Shown: piece by piece, positions 10,860-22,747 of the stretch
How the letters are laid out: each line of letters begins with the position of its first letter
How positions within the stretch are numbered: position 1 is the stretch's first letter
DNA from: Fonticula alba ATCC 38817
Lineage: Eukaryota > Protista > Nucleariida
NCBI GenBank assembly: GCA_000388065.2
Contig: KB932204.1
Length of the DNA: 58,875 nucleotides
Reading direction: 5' to 3' (one strand)
Program-made: the position numbers and the translations under genes
Notes under the pieces: generated by a model
What the model saw: only the letters and a program-made list of their open reading frames with translations
What the model was told of the DNA's origin: nothing
Databases searched by the model: none

Positions 10860-12588
10860 ATGTTTAGTGCAGCCCGTCGTGTCGGAATCTCTGCGCTCTC
10901 CACCCGCTCGTTGTCTGTTTTTGCTTCCAGCCGGTCCTTTTCCTCCGCAGCCATGTCTAAGATCAACGGTGCGCTCCTTCTTGTTGTCCCCCCCCCCTCC
11001 CGCTCACTGTTCCTTCCCTCTTGCTCCGGACGCCCGAGAGCCGTGCTTTGCCCATCATCTGCACCGTCCCGCTAACAGCCCCTCTCCCCATCCTCTCTCG
11101 CCCCGCCCTCGCTCCCGCCCCCGCTCCCGCCCCCGCCCCCGCCCTTCCACCACACCCGCAGGTGGTACCGTCGTGGAGCTCCACGGTGATGAGATGACCC
11201 GCATCATCTGGGACCTCATCAAGGAGAAGCTCATCAACCCCTACGTCGACCTGGACATCAAGTTCTACGACCTGTCCGTCCAGAGCCGCGATGCCACCGA
11301 TGACCAGATCACCATCGATGCCGCCAACGCCATCAAGAAGTACAACGTCGGCATCAAGTGCGCCACCATCACCCCCGATGAGGAGCGCGTTGCCGAGTTC
11401 GGCCTCAAGAAGATGTGGCGCTCTCCCAACGGCACCATCCGTAACATCCTCGGTGGTACCGTCTTCCGTGAGCCGATCATCTGCAAGAACGTCCCCCGCC
11501 TGGTGAACACCTGGAACCGCCCGATCGTTGTCGGCCGTCACGCCTTCGGCGACCAGTACCGCGCCACCGACCTCGTCGTCCCCAAGGGCAAGTTCGAGAT
11601 GGTCTTCACCCCTGCTGAGGGTGGCGAGAAGCAGACCTTCGAGGTGTTCAACTTCTCCGAGTCCGGCGGTGTCATCATGGGCATGTACAACACCGACGAG
11701 TCCATCCGCGAGTTCGCCCAGTCCTCCATGGTCTACGCCTACGACAAGCAGTGGCCCCTGTACCTGTCCACCAAGAACACCATCCTCAAGTCCTACGATG
11801 GTCGTTTCAAGGACATCTTCCAGGAGGTCTACGAGGCCGACTGGAAGGCCAAGTTCGAGGCCGCCGGCATCTGGTACGAGCACCGCCTCATTGACGACAT
11901 GGTCGCCCAGGCCATGAAGTCCGAGGGTGGCTTCGTTTGGGCTTGCAAGAACTACGATGGTGATGTCCAGTCCGACTCCGTTGCCCAGGGCTTCGGCTCT
12001 CTCGGTCTCATGACCTCCGTCCTGGTCTGCCCCGATGGCAAGACCGTCGAGGCCGAGGCCGCTCACGGCACCGTCACCCGCCACTACCGCGCCCACCAGC
12101 GCGGCGAGGAGACCTCCACCAACCCCATTGCCTCCATCTTCGCCTGGACTCGTGGTCTCATCCACCGCGGCAAGCTCGACGGCAACGACTCCCTCGTCCA
12201 CTTCGCCGAGTCCCTCGAGGCCGTCTGCATTGAGACCATCGAGGCCGGCTTCATGACCAAGGATCTGGCCCTCTGCATCCACGGCAAGGAGTGCGTGTCA
12301 TCTCCTCCACCTCCCCCCCCCCTCCGCCCCTGCTCTTTCTTGTGCCCCCCTTGGCTGCCTCCCTCACCATGGGGGAGGCCCTCTCTTTCTGTCCTCTCTT
12401 TTTCTGCACTTGCTAACGATGTGCCCCGGCGCGCGCTCCCCTCTCCCCGCTGCTCTCTCTCCCTCTTTCTCTCTCTTGTGTTGCACCCGCGCACCCGCAG
12501 GATGAAGCGCGAGCACTGGCTCAACACCTTCGACTTCCTTGACAAGCTCCAGGAGAACCTCAACCTCAAGCTCAAGGCCAACCTCTAA
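10860..12588 (+). CDS. IDP1: NADP-dependent isocitrate dehydrogenase (eukaryotic IDH1/IDH2/IDP type); exons 10860-10968, 11162-12290, 12501-12588; 441 aa long form, 410 aa from ATG 10953
   Basis: Hallmark motifs [99 protein letters not shown] introns in consistent phase. Confidence 0.98.
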
Positions 12589-12975
12589 GTGACTTGTCTT
12601 TCTCTCTCCCTCTCCCTCTCTCAAGGCACGCATGTACGCCCATATGTGTGGAGTCCCTCCTTCGGTTCGTCCCGCTTCCGGAGGTGAGGGGGGACCCGCT
12701 GCCGGCTTTCGTGTCTCGCGCATGTCTCTGTGCACACAGACACACGCGTGAGGGGGTGGTTTCTCCCTGCCCCCGGCGGTGAGCTGTGTGAGAGGACCCC
12801 GTTTGCGAGCGGACCGCGCCTCCCTTCTCCCCCCCCCCACCCTCTGTCCTCTTTCCTGCGTGTAGGGGGCGTGTGTGTGTGTGTGTGTGTCTGCTCTCCA
12901 AATATACCCTCTCTCTGTATCTCCATTTCTGTGTGTGTGTCTCTGCGTCATTCTCTCGGACACACGCATGTGCGT

Positions 12976-13603
12976 GCGCCATTCGCACGTCCCCCCCACC
13001 GGTCCCTGCTTTAGTTGGCATCGCCATCTCCGGGTGTCTCCCGCCCCCACAGGAGCGGGGGGCGCCCGCCCCGCGCGCCGTGCTGGCACATCGGCAAGAG
13101 CACGGCTGGCGCGCGTATTCTATATGTGGGTTTTATTTTCTTGATCAGGCGTGCAAGCTCGCGCAGATGGATGTCGGGATGGCGCAGACAGGCCGCTTGC
13201 CCTCCGCTCCCGCCGGACACAGGGAGCCCCGGAAAACAGCCGGAGCAACAAGATGAGCGCAGAGGAGAGAGGGGGGGGGGGAGANNNNNNNNNNGCGCCA
13301 TTCGCACGTCCCCCCCACCGGTCCCTGCTTTAGTTGGCATCGCCATCTCCGGGTGTCTCCCGCCCCCACAGGAGCGGGGGGCGCCCGCCCCGCGCGCCGT
13401 GCTGGCACATCGGCAAGAGCACGGCTGGCGCGCGTATTCTATATGTGGGTTTTATTTTCTTGATCAGGCGTGCAAGCTCGCGCAGATGGATGTCGGGATG
13501 GCGCAGACAGGCCGCTTGCCCTCCGCTCCCGCCGGACACAGGGAGCCCCGGAAAACAGCCGGAGCAACAAGATGAGCGCAGAGGAGAGAGGGGGGGGGGG
13601 AGA
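12976..13603. repeat. Apparent ~309-bp direct duplication (12976-13284 and 13295-13603) across a 10-N gap; probably scaffold overlap artefact
   Basis: Copies look identical and are separated exactly by the N10 placeholder. Confidence 0.85.
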
Positions 13604-13666
13604 GAGAGAGAAGGGAGCACATGATGCATTCCCCTGCTCGCCGCCCCCTCCCCGGCCAGGGGCTGC

Positions 13667-15177
13667 TCAGAGGCGCCGCCGACGACGGCCAGAGTACTTA
13701 CTGTCATTGACCACCTCCACACCACGGCGGCGGTACAGCTCCTTCTTGGCCATGATCCACTCGCGCGACCCCTTGGTCGGACGGTCGGAGCTCCGGATGC
13801 GACGGTGCGCGCCACTTCGCGAATGGAGCGAGGGCAGACAGGCGAGGGGGGGCGGGGCGGGCGCGAAAGAGGCGGGTCAGCATCGGCAGCCGGGCATGGG
13901 GGCATACCTGTCATTCATCGGGCAGCACAGGGGGGGGGGGGAGTCTCAACGAACCGGCGAAAAGTGATGTCTCCAGCATCCACCGTCTGGGGGGTGCCGT
14001 CGTCCCGCAGGCCGGCCGGCACCTGTGCGTCGGCCGTGCCGGCGAACAGGCACATGTAGAACTTCTTGCGCTTGCTGGAGTTCGGGTAGTCAACAACCAC
14101 ACCGCCAGTGAAGCCGGCCTTCATGGCGGCCGCCGTCAGGCGCTCCACCTGCGTCGCGTCCGACGGGTAGAACTGCAGAACCGCCCGAGCACCGCGCTTC
14201 AGCGAGGTGTAGAGGGTGGTGAAAAACTGCCATGTCCCCAGGGCGGGCGCGTTAGATGGCGTGGCTGCCGGCGCACGGCGGGCATGGGGGGCGGCCGCGG
14301 GGAGGAACGTACACGCTGCATTCTCCGCTCCGGGCGGTGGTGCTTCTTGTCGGCATTGCACAGCCACTGAATGGCAGAGATACTGACGGGGCAGGGGCAC
14401 AACGGATCGCAGTCAGTGGGCCAGGCAAGCGCATGGAGGGGCGGCAGCAGGCAGGTCGGGTCCCCCCCTCCCCCCAGGAGGAGATCCCCACATGAGGACA
14501 CACCTGATGACACCATCAAAGACACCTGGGCGATAGAAGGCACCCTGGCCGGCGTCGGCGAGGGCCAGATCGCCGTCGGTGTCGCGATCCTGCGCGACCT
14601 CTGGATGCGGAAAGGCAGTGGTCCGGGTTGTCAGAAACGACCGCACCACCCCGCGCCCCACCCATCGGGGCGAGAGTGAGAGGGCCCGGGCGAGACGGGG
14701 AGAGAGAGAGAGATCTACGCACCAAGCATGTCCTTGCTGATATCGAAGCCCACCCAAATGTGCCCGGCGTCGGCGACGGTCTCGCCACTCAGGCCAGACC
14801 CGCAGCCAACGTCCAGGATCAGGCTCACCTGGTCCTCCGGGAGGTTGAGCAGCTCCAGCGCGCGCTCGGTCATCTCCGTTTGGATGTTGAGCATTCGCGA
14901 GCTGTGGTCGGGCAATTGCAAGCGGGGCAGGGGTCAGTGGCCGAAAAATGGCAGCACAGGGGCCAGACACCGACCGGGTGGGCGAGGGGACCACGTACTT
15001 GAAGGTGTATTTCCGCGCCTCGACATTGTTGTAAAACTACCAGGCAGGGGTGGGTCGGCGAGCGGCACGAGGTCAGCGATGAAAGGGCAGGGGAGGGGCA
15101 CGGAGGGCCCAGCGCGTGTGCCTCTTCGGAGGGCGACGCACCACTTCCGGCGGGGCGATGAACTCCGGACGGGACAT
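13667..15177 (-). CDS. BUD23: 18S rRNA m7G methyltransferase BUD23/WBSCR22; exons 15177-15142, 15036-14999, 14901-14723, 14600-14504, 14382-14313, 14226-13955, 13814-13667; 279 aa
   Basis: [44 protein letters not shown] motif [65 protein letters not shown]-terminal REWIMAKKE...[10 protein letters not shown]. Exon lengths sum to 840. Confidence 0.97.
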
Positions 15178-15686
15178 GGTCAAAGATGGGGCTCAGCTGG
15201 GAGGCGGGGGGGAGGAGGAGAGGAAATAGGGGGTCGGGTGCCGGGGAGGGAGCAGGAGGAAAGGAGGGGGGGGGGAGGGGAGGGCAGTGCGCTGTCTTGG
15301 GAGGACGGTGCTCTCGGCGGCCGAGCCGAAAAGTTGCCCCCAGTCCCGGGTGGAAAATGGGCCCTGAGGATCGCACATGCGTGCGCGCGTGCGCGTGTGT
15401 GCGGATGGGGATGCAAGTGTGTGCAAGGGGCGCGTGGATGTTCTCCCCCCCCCCCCCTTCTCAGGCGGACACAAGTGGGAGCTCGCAAATCGGCCCCACA
15501 CGGGGAAACGCGGCCGGGGCGGACGCCCGAGCCCTCCCCCCCGGGCACTGGGCCCCGGGCACGCGTGGGCTCGCCCCCTGCCCACCCCCCGTGGAAAGAC
15601 CCCGGACTGGGGCGATCCGACACCAGAACCGCCGCAATACACATACAGATCATAACAGCATTTGGGGGAGTTCATTGGGACATCGG

Positions 15687-17167
15687 TCAGGAAGGGGCCT
15701 GGGTCGGGTGGAAACCCACGTCCTGATCGGTCTCGAGGCCGATGTCCTCCTGAGGCATATGCCAACGCTTGCGTGTGTCAGTCTCACGGCAGATCCAGGG
15801 CCGGGCGGACGGCGGGGGGGGGGGGGGGGCATGCCACCCGCGGGCTTGGGCGAGAGGAGCGGGGGACAGCAGGAGAGCACGCACGAAAAGCTGCTCCTTG
15901 GACATGGGCGCATGCTCCAGCATGCCATCCAGGATGTCCATGCAAAGGCGCTTCCGGTCGCGATACAGGCGGTGGTACTTCCGGTGGGATTGGTTTACCT
16001 GGGCGATCTCCTCCGGCGTCAGCTGGATGGCTTCGGTCTGTAGCCGCTCGAGCTTGGTCTCGAGCTTCTTGTTCTGTGTGGCACACAGCCAGCGCGGCGC
16101 CGGTGATCGGGGGACACTGTCAGGGGGATGTGCGCGTATGCACGGCGCAGAGGGAGGCCGGGGAGGGGAGGGCGGGATGGAAAAAAAAAAGGATGGGCTG
16201 CGGAGATCGGGGGACAAAGGTCGACGCACGGTCTCGCGGAGTTCCTCAATGCGAGCCTTCAGTTCCTCGTTCGGCAGGGTGGCCACGGTGGCCGTCAGGG
16301 CTGCAGGGCGTGTTCCATCGGGCGTCAGCGAGGCAAGGGACACACTCTCTCCCCCCCCGTCCGCCCCTTGCAAAGATCGGCATGCGCATACGAAGAAGAT
16401 CCGGGGGAGGGACCGAGGGGGAGGAGGAGGGGCGGGACGCACTCTGATTCAACTCGCGCACAGCGGCGCGCTCCTGCTGCAGGGCCTGCTCCAACTCGGC
16501 GACTTCCTGCTCGGATGCCGTGATGAGCTCCGTGTCCGGGACATCGATGAGATCCTGGTTGGCCACAAATACCTGCTGCTTGCCGTACACCTTCATGGTC
16601 AGGTGCCCGGAGTCCGTCAGCGATTGGAGGACCTTCTTCAGGGGGGCCTTCTTGATGGCGCCGTGCAGGTTGCTGAAGATGTCGGCTATCGGGCGGGGCA
16701 CAGGCAACTCGGGATCAGTGGACGGAGGGAGGATGGGCGGAAGCCCAGGCACCAATGCGCAGATGGCACACGTACCCAGGTTGTAGGGGCGGTTTTGCTT
16801 TTGGAAATACTGAAGGACAATCTGCTCGTCTGCATGCGAGATAGGGGAAGGAGGGGGGGGGGGGTCAGAACCCGAGACCGCACGGCGACAGGAGGGACAG
16901 AGGCACGGAAAAAGAAAAGAGGGGGGAGGGCGCACCGTTGCCGGAGGAGGCGGCAGCAGCCGCGCGGCTGGCTGCTGCCCGAGGAGCGCGCTTCGGCGCG
17001 GCAGTTGGCGAAGGAGATGGGCTGAAGGTCTCCTCGTCGGAATCCTGCGACGAGTCGGCCGACTCCTCCCCCGGCGAGTACAGCTCCTCGGAGAAGCTGT
17101 CCTCCCCGTCGTCGGATGACACATTGAGAAAGGGGGAGGGGGAGCGCGAGGCGCGGCGCTTGCCCAT
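15687..17167 (-). CDS. HOP2: Meiotic recombination factor HOP2 (PSMC3IP/TBPIP); exons 17167-16936, 16829-16776, 16685-16443, 16300-16230, 16073-15885, 15749-15687; 283 aa
   Basis: Winged helix IVLQYFQKQNRPYNLADIFSNLHGAIKKAPLKKVLQSL...KVYGKQQVFVANQD, then coiled coil, then C-terminal YRDRKRLCMDILDGM...EDIGLETD. Matches the known Hop2 family pattern. Exon lengths sum to 852. Confidence 0.93.
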
Positions 17168-17869
17168 GGTTGTGTGACGCGTGTGGGGTTCCCGGAGGCG
17201 AAGAAGAAGAAAAAAAGGGCAAAGGAGTGCGGGCGAAGACGGACGATGGCGGGGGCGCGAGGATGGGGCGTGGAGGGCGGATGCCGTGGCTCCGGGGGTC
17301 CGTCGTTCAGACCGACGAGCCCTCAAATACTTGGGCATCGAGCAAAAAGCAAACACCCCCTCCCCCCTGTTCGGGGCGATCCCGCCGCGCCGCGCTGCGC
17401 CGCGCCCCCTGCCCACCGACCACTCGCGACCCCGCCCCCCAAGGGCTGGCGCCCACACCCGGGATGGTTCCCAGGCCCGGAGGGGGACCGGTCTCCCGGC
17501 CCCGGCCGGCCCCGCCGGTTGCCGATCGGGGAGCCGGCCCCGCTCCCCCGAGGCGCCAACGCGAGGCTCCCCCCGGGGAAAAGGGGCGCCACCACGCACG
17601 CGGCCAAGCCAGATCACGCCAACCCGAAGTGGGCAGTCCTCCTGCCGGCGGATGTAACGACCGCCAAATTCAAACTGCCGCCCAGAAATGCCACATCGCG
17701 TATTTTTCTCCCACCTGGAAGGCGGCCCGGGTCAGATCGATTTTTAACTGTTTCATCGCCGCTCCTGCCTCTCCGCCTGGCCGCCTCTCCGCCTGTCTCG
17801 CCCCTCCTCCGCCCCCTCATCCCTGCCTTCCCCTCCCCCTCTTCCTCTCCCCTCCCCCGGCACTGGCAA
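17168..17869. promoter_or_regulatory. Probable bidirectional promoter region between HOP2 (-) and orphan gene (+)
   Basis: Divergent ATGs about 700 bp apart; mildly AT-richer core near 17640-17760. Inference from gene layout. Confidence 0.45.
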
Positions 17870-19441
17870 ATGACCTCCAGCACCAGCAGCTCCGAGGACC
17901 CCCTGCGCCCGGGCTCGCTGGCCTTCCGCCAGCGCGAGAGCCAGCTCCACCGCGAGAGGATGCGCCGCATGCGGCAGTCTCTCGCGCGCGGCGGAGGCAA
18001 CTCGGCCCCTCCGACACCGGCTTCCTCAACCCCCGGGCCGGCCGACCGCCGGGCCTCGCAGCAAGTGCCCCCCCCGGATCGCGGCCCGCTGATGCTGGCG
18101 TCGTCTCCCGTCCCCCGGGCCCGCGGTGCTGTGGGGCTGTCCCTCTCGCCGGCCGCACAGCCGGACGCCAGGCCCTCGCCGAGGCCGGAATCCCGGCGAT
18201 CTGTCACCCCAGCGGCCAAGGCCCGCGTGCGAGAGTCCTTCGGCATGCACGCCCGTCCCCCTCGGAGATCCGACATCCGGGCACCGGGGCTTGGGCCATC
18301 AGCCAAGCATCCCCCGCTGGCGGAGTCCTCCTCGCTGTCGGTCGCCGCAGCCGGCCCGGGGTCCCCCCCTGCGGCAGTGAAGGCCCCCGCATCCGTGGCC
18401 CGGTCCCCGCCACCGGGGGCTCCTTCGCCTGTGCAACCCCCTGTCGGGACCGGCGCCGGCCCGGGGAGTGTGCCTTTTCGGCCGATGTTCCCGCCGCTGT
18501 CGCCTTCGCGAGAGCCGGACGCCAGCCGGCCAGATCGCCGGTCCAGCGCCGGCCCCCTGCGGCTGTCGACGGCCATGCTCCACGACCCGCCGGATGTCTT
18601 TGCCGCGCAGCCCCTCCCTCGGTTGTCGCTTTCGGACCTGGAGCAGCTCCTGGCCACGGGGCCCGCCGGCACCGATGGGGAGGATGGTGGTGGCGGTGGT
18701 GGTGGTGGTGGTGATGGCAGCGGCCCTGGCAGCATCCACGGGCCCCACCATTCTCACATGCTGCATCCGGATGATGGGCGTCACGATGATCTCCTCGACA
18801 CCGGGCCCCTGTCGGCCGACTTGCTTGCGGCCCGATCCACTTGCGATGGCGCTTCCCCCCTCGCGAGCGGCCCCTTTTTCCCTCCTCAGTCCGCGGCCAG
18901 CCCGGAGCTGCGCATTTCGATTTCCCGGCTCCTGTCGCACGCTGGCCCGGTGGTGTTGTCTGACCTGCAGGCCGTGATGCAGACATCATCTCCGGACGGG
19001 CAGGGCACCTGGTGCTCGAACATGGCCCTGCTACTTGACTGGTGCGCCGGGGAGATCGGCCACCTCCGGGAGCAGGTCCTCGCCGCGGCGGCCTGTTCGC
19101 TTGGACGCCCGCCGGTCCCGGCCCCGGTGGATGTCTCCCCGTCGCCGGCCGGGCTCGGGATTGCCTGCAACACGGCCGCCCCCGAGGCCGATGTGCACCA
19201 CACTTGCCAGCAGGAGTCCGGCGGTCTGCGCACCGAGTTACTGGAGACACGCCGTGCGCTGCAGATGGCCACCCAGCGCATCAGCCAGCTGGAGCGCCTG
19301 CGACAGACGAATTACGTCAGCCAGTCCGCCTGGGCGGTATGTTTGCCTCTTGCAGCCCCCTCCACACTCGCGGGTGGGCTTTCTGCCACGTCGTCCGCAC
19401 CAAATTCACCCCGTGCTCCTTCCCCATCCGCCCTTTCGCCT

Positions 19442-19520
<79 letters not shown>

Positions 19521-19822
19521 TGCCTGCCCTCTTTCGCCCCCTTCGCCTTCGGCATGCAGGAGCACTGCTCCCAACTTTCGGAGCTGCTCGGTTCGCTCAA
19601 ATCCATCAGCGGCACATTGGACCTGGGGGAACTCTACGACAAGGCCAGGTACGCGCGCGCCCCTGCCGCCTGCTTTCGCCTCCCACCTCTTGTCCCTCTC
19701 CTCCTGCTGACCCTCAGACCTTCCAATGCTCCATCTCCATCGCCCTCTCTCTCTCTCTCTCTCTCTCCCTCCCCTGCAGCGACTATCTTCGGACACCCGA
19801 CGCCAAAAAGCCCGATCAATGA
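17870..19822 (+). CDS. Orphan Ser/Pro-rich disordered protein with C-terminal coiled coil; exons 17870-19336, 19560-19648, 19780-19822; 532 aa
   Basis: Long open frame with heptad segment LRTELLETRRALQMATQRISQLERL. Donors GTATGT and GTACGC, CAG acceptors; lengths sum to 1599. No family recognised. Confidence 0.7.
19443..19520. repeat. Pure poly(C)78 homopolymer in intron 1 of orphan gene
   Basis: Direct count; homopolymer length may be inexact in the assembly. Confidence 0.85.
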
Positions 19823-20116
19823 ACACCCCCTCTTCTCTCGAACCTGTCCCCCCCTCCCCCTCCGTGCCCTTTTCCACAACTGTCGCCATGTGTGTGTGTG
19901 TGTGTGTGTACATGCGTGTCGGCGCTTCCCCGACCACTCCATGCAGAGCCCATTGTATTGTGCGGCGGGACATGTCTCTCCGTGCCCCATGTCTTCGAGG
20001 TGAAGCAAGAAGAGGGAAACAAAAGAAGGTCCAGCCCCGCAAGGGAGAGACACCATGCACTGGGGGGAGGTCGTGCGACGGGAGCCACCGGGCCCCGGCC
20101 GCCGCCCCACCCCCGG

Positions 20117-20566
20117 TCATAGAGGCACCACCGCGTGCAAAGGGTGTGACGGTGCCCCTGGCTGCGACTGGTGATCTGCCGGCCGGGGAGGCTGCTCATG
20201 CATGGTGGCATCATGGGCATCCTCCGAGGGGAAGAGTGACGCCTCGCCATGCGAGGGGTGGTGGTGATGCGAGGCCGGATGAGGGTACTGGCCGGCCAGG
20301 TGCGGCTGATGCGGGCGGAAGGGCCCGCCCATGTCATGGGGCTTCGGTTCGGTCATGGAAAAGGGGCCGCCGGCGTCCACCCCCGACGAAAGGCTCATGG
20401 AATTGGAGGCCGACAGTTCCGACAGGGGGACCGCCTGCCAGGACTGGTGGCGCGGGGAGTAGCCGCTGCCCGAACGATCTTCCCCCGAGCCGAAGTATAC
20501 GCCCTGGTTGTAGGGGGCTGGCTGCGAGTAGTGCTGTTGCTGCTGCGAGTACGGGTAATACTGTTG

Positions 20567-20609
<43 letters not shown>

Positions 20610-22707
20610 GAGTACGTGAGGTACTGCTGGCCTGGCGGGTGGTCCGCCTGCTGGCCGTGCACCAGGAAGGTGTCAGGCTCCGAGGAGGAGGCCATGCCCC
20701 CGGAGGAGATGCTCCCCGATGCCGTGGCAAGGGCGGCTCCCGGCGAGTCGGCGGCAAAGTCCCCCGGTCCGCCGGGCGCCGAAGGGGGAGCCTGCGTCAG
20801 GGAGGCATGCGAGCCGGTGCGCGAGCGCGGAGCACCATGGGCCAGGTCATCCCCGATCCCCGGGGGAGCTGGCCGCTCATCATGGAAGACCATGGTCGAG
20901 GGGGACTGGGTGCCGGGCTCCGTCGAATAGCCGCCATGCTGCGACGGGTGGCCCGACGACCGGTTGGTGTGGTGCTGCTCATACGAGCCACCGGGTGCTC
21001 CCGAGCCAGCACGGGGAGGAGTCTTGACACCGGCAGGCGGCGCCCCCGGGCCAGAAGGACCGGAGCCCGAGTACGCGGAGCCCTCCTCCGGAGCCGTGAC
21101 ACTCGCGCGGCCGGCCTCACCGAAAGTGCTGAAGCTGCTTCCCGTGCTGAGGGTCGACGCGAAGGACCCGGCCCGGCCACGCCCGGGATCATGATGCAGG
21201 CTGTCCGGCTGGACGAAGCGTGCCCGAGCGGACGGGTCACCGGCGGCCGCGGCCGCCGCGGCTGCCGCAATCAACGACGGATCCGTCCCAACATCAATCG
21301 AGTGTGACCGCGAGTGTTGGGTCAAGCGGTGGTGACCACCGGGGCCCGGGGCCCCACGGGCTCCCGGGGACAGCAGCCCGCCGGATCCGGACCCGGCACT
21401 GCTTGCCGCAGGCCGGCTCTGTGTGAAGGATTTCGAGCGCGAATGTGTGAAGGGCATTTGGCGTCGACGACCCTCCGGGCCGGTGGCCATCGACGAGGCC
21501 GACAGGAGGGCCGTCACCGGGGCCGGGTGCGACATGGAATGCGACCCGGAGGCGGCACGCCGGTGCCCAGGGACAAAGGTGCCATGCGGGGGCTTGGTGG
21601 CCTCGCCCGGGCCGCCACTGCCGCCAGCACCCCCGACATCCGCCGACTGGGAGTCCTCCCGGGGGTGACTCGAGCGCCCTGCCCCGGGCAGGCTGCTACC
21701 AACAGCAAAGTGGGGGCTGCTGGCCAGGGGGTCCAGGCCGTGTGGCGGCGCCGCCCCGGCCCGGGGAGACAGGAGGCCGGCCGAGTGCAGGCGCAGCGGC
21801 TGGACCAGAGCACGTGCGGCCTTCGAAAGAAGCGGGTCCTCATTGATGAAGGGCACTTCAAGATGGCACAGGGGACACGGAGGTGAGCATGGGGTTGGGG
21901 GAAGTGGAAAAGAGAACACAGACACACAGCAGAGAGAGACATCGAGAGAGAGAGAGAGAGAGAGACGCGCGCGCGAGATAGACAGCCCCTCCCTGCCCCG
22001 CCCCGGTCCCACCTCCCTCCCGAGGTGCGAATATGCAGGCTGCGTGACACACCGTTCATGTGGTAGATCATCGCCGAGAGAAGGTAGCTGATGTCGGAGA
22101 GGCGCTGCGACAGGAGCCCAATGTCCTCGGCCAGCAGGGCCTCGCGCTCGGTCAGCTGGCCGCCGCCCGATGCCGGGAAGGCCGAGAAGGGGGACGAGTG
22201 GATCACCGGCGGCGAGGGGGCATAGTGTGGCTGGAAGTGCGGCGGCCGGCCATGGGAATCCGATGGGTGCATGGGGTGCACCTGCCCGGGGACCGATGGC
22301 CGATGGTGCGGCGCCAGGTATTGTTGCGGCTGCGGGTGCGGCTGCGGCTGCGGGTGCGGCTGGTATTGTTGATGGTGGAAGGGGGACACTTCGGCAGGGC
22401 GCACGCCGGCCGAGTACTGGGGGAGGTACACCGGCGGCTGATGAGGCCCACCACCGGGGTAGTTCCCCCCGGCAGTGGGGCCGGCATTACCGCCGCCGGC
22501 TACCATCGGCGGGAGGGACTGATCCGGCGTGGGAACATTCCCAGCAAGCGACGACCGAGAGGAGGGCCGTGTACGCCGGACATCCGCCCCCACAGCCGGG
22601 GGGAGGGATGTCTGAGGCCCGGCCGTCGATTGAACCACCGGCATCCCGAAGGACATGTCATCAAGCAGCGACTCCTCGGGGCCCGATGGGACGGGGCCGC
22701 CGACCAT

Positions 22708-22747
<40 letters not shown>

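Noticed and set aside
10963-12282. 439-aa minus-strand ORF opposite IDH, and similar long antisense ORFs over HSF, bHLH and RGS
   Set aside because: Expected by-product of strong C/G third-position bias on the sense strand; no recognisable domains.
12976-13603. 309-bp tandem duplication between IDH and BUD23
   Set aside because: Identical copies abut a 10-N placeholder, typical of an unmerged contig overlap rather than a biological repeat.
17174-17869. N-terminal extension of ORF 17174-19822
   Set aside because: Starts at a non-ATG codon within HOP2's upstream region and lacks coding codon bias. ATG 17870 is the more plausible start.
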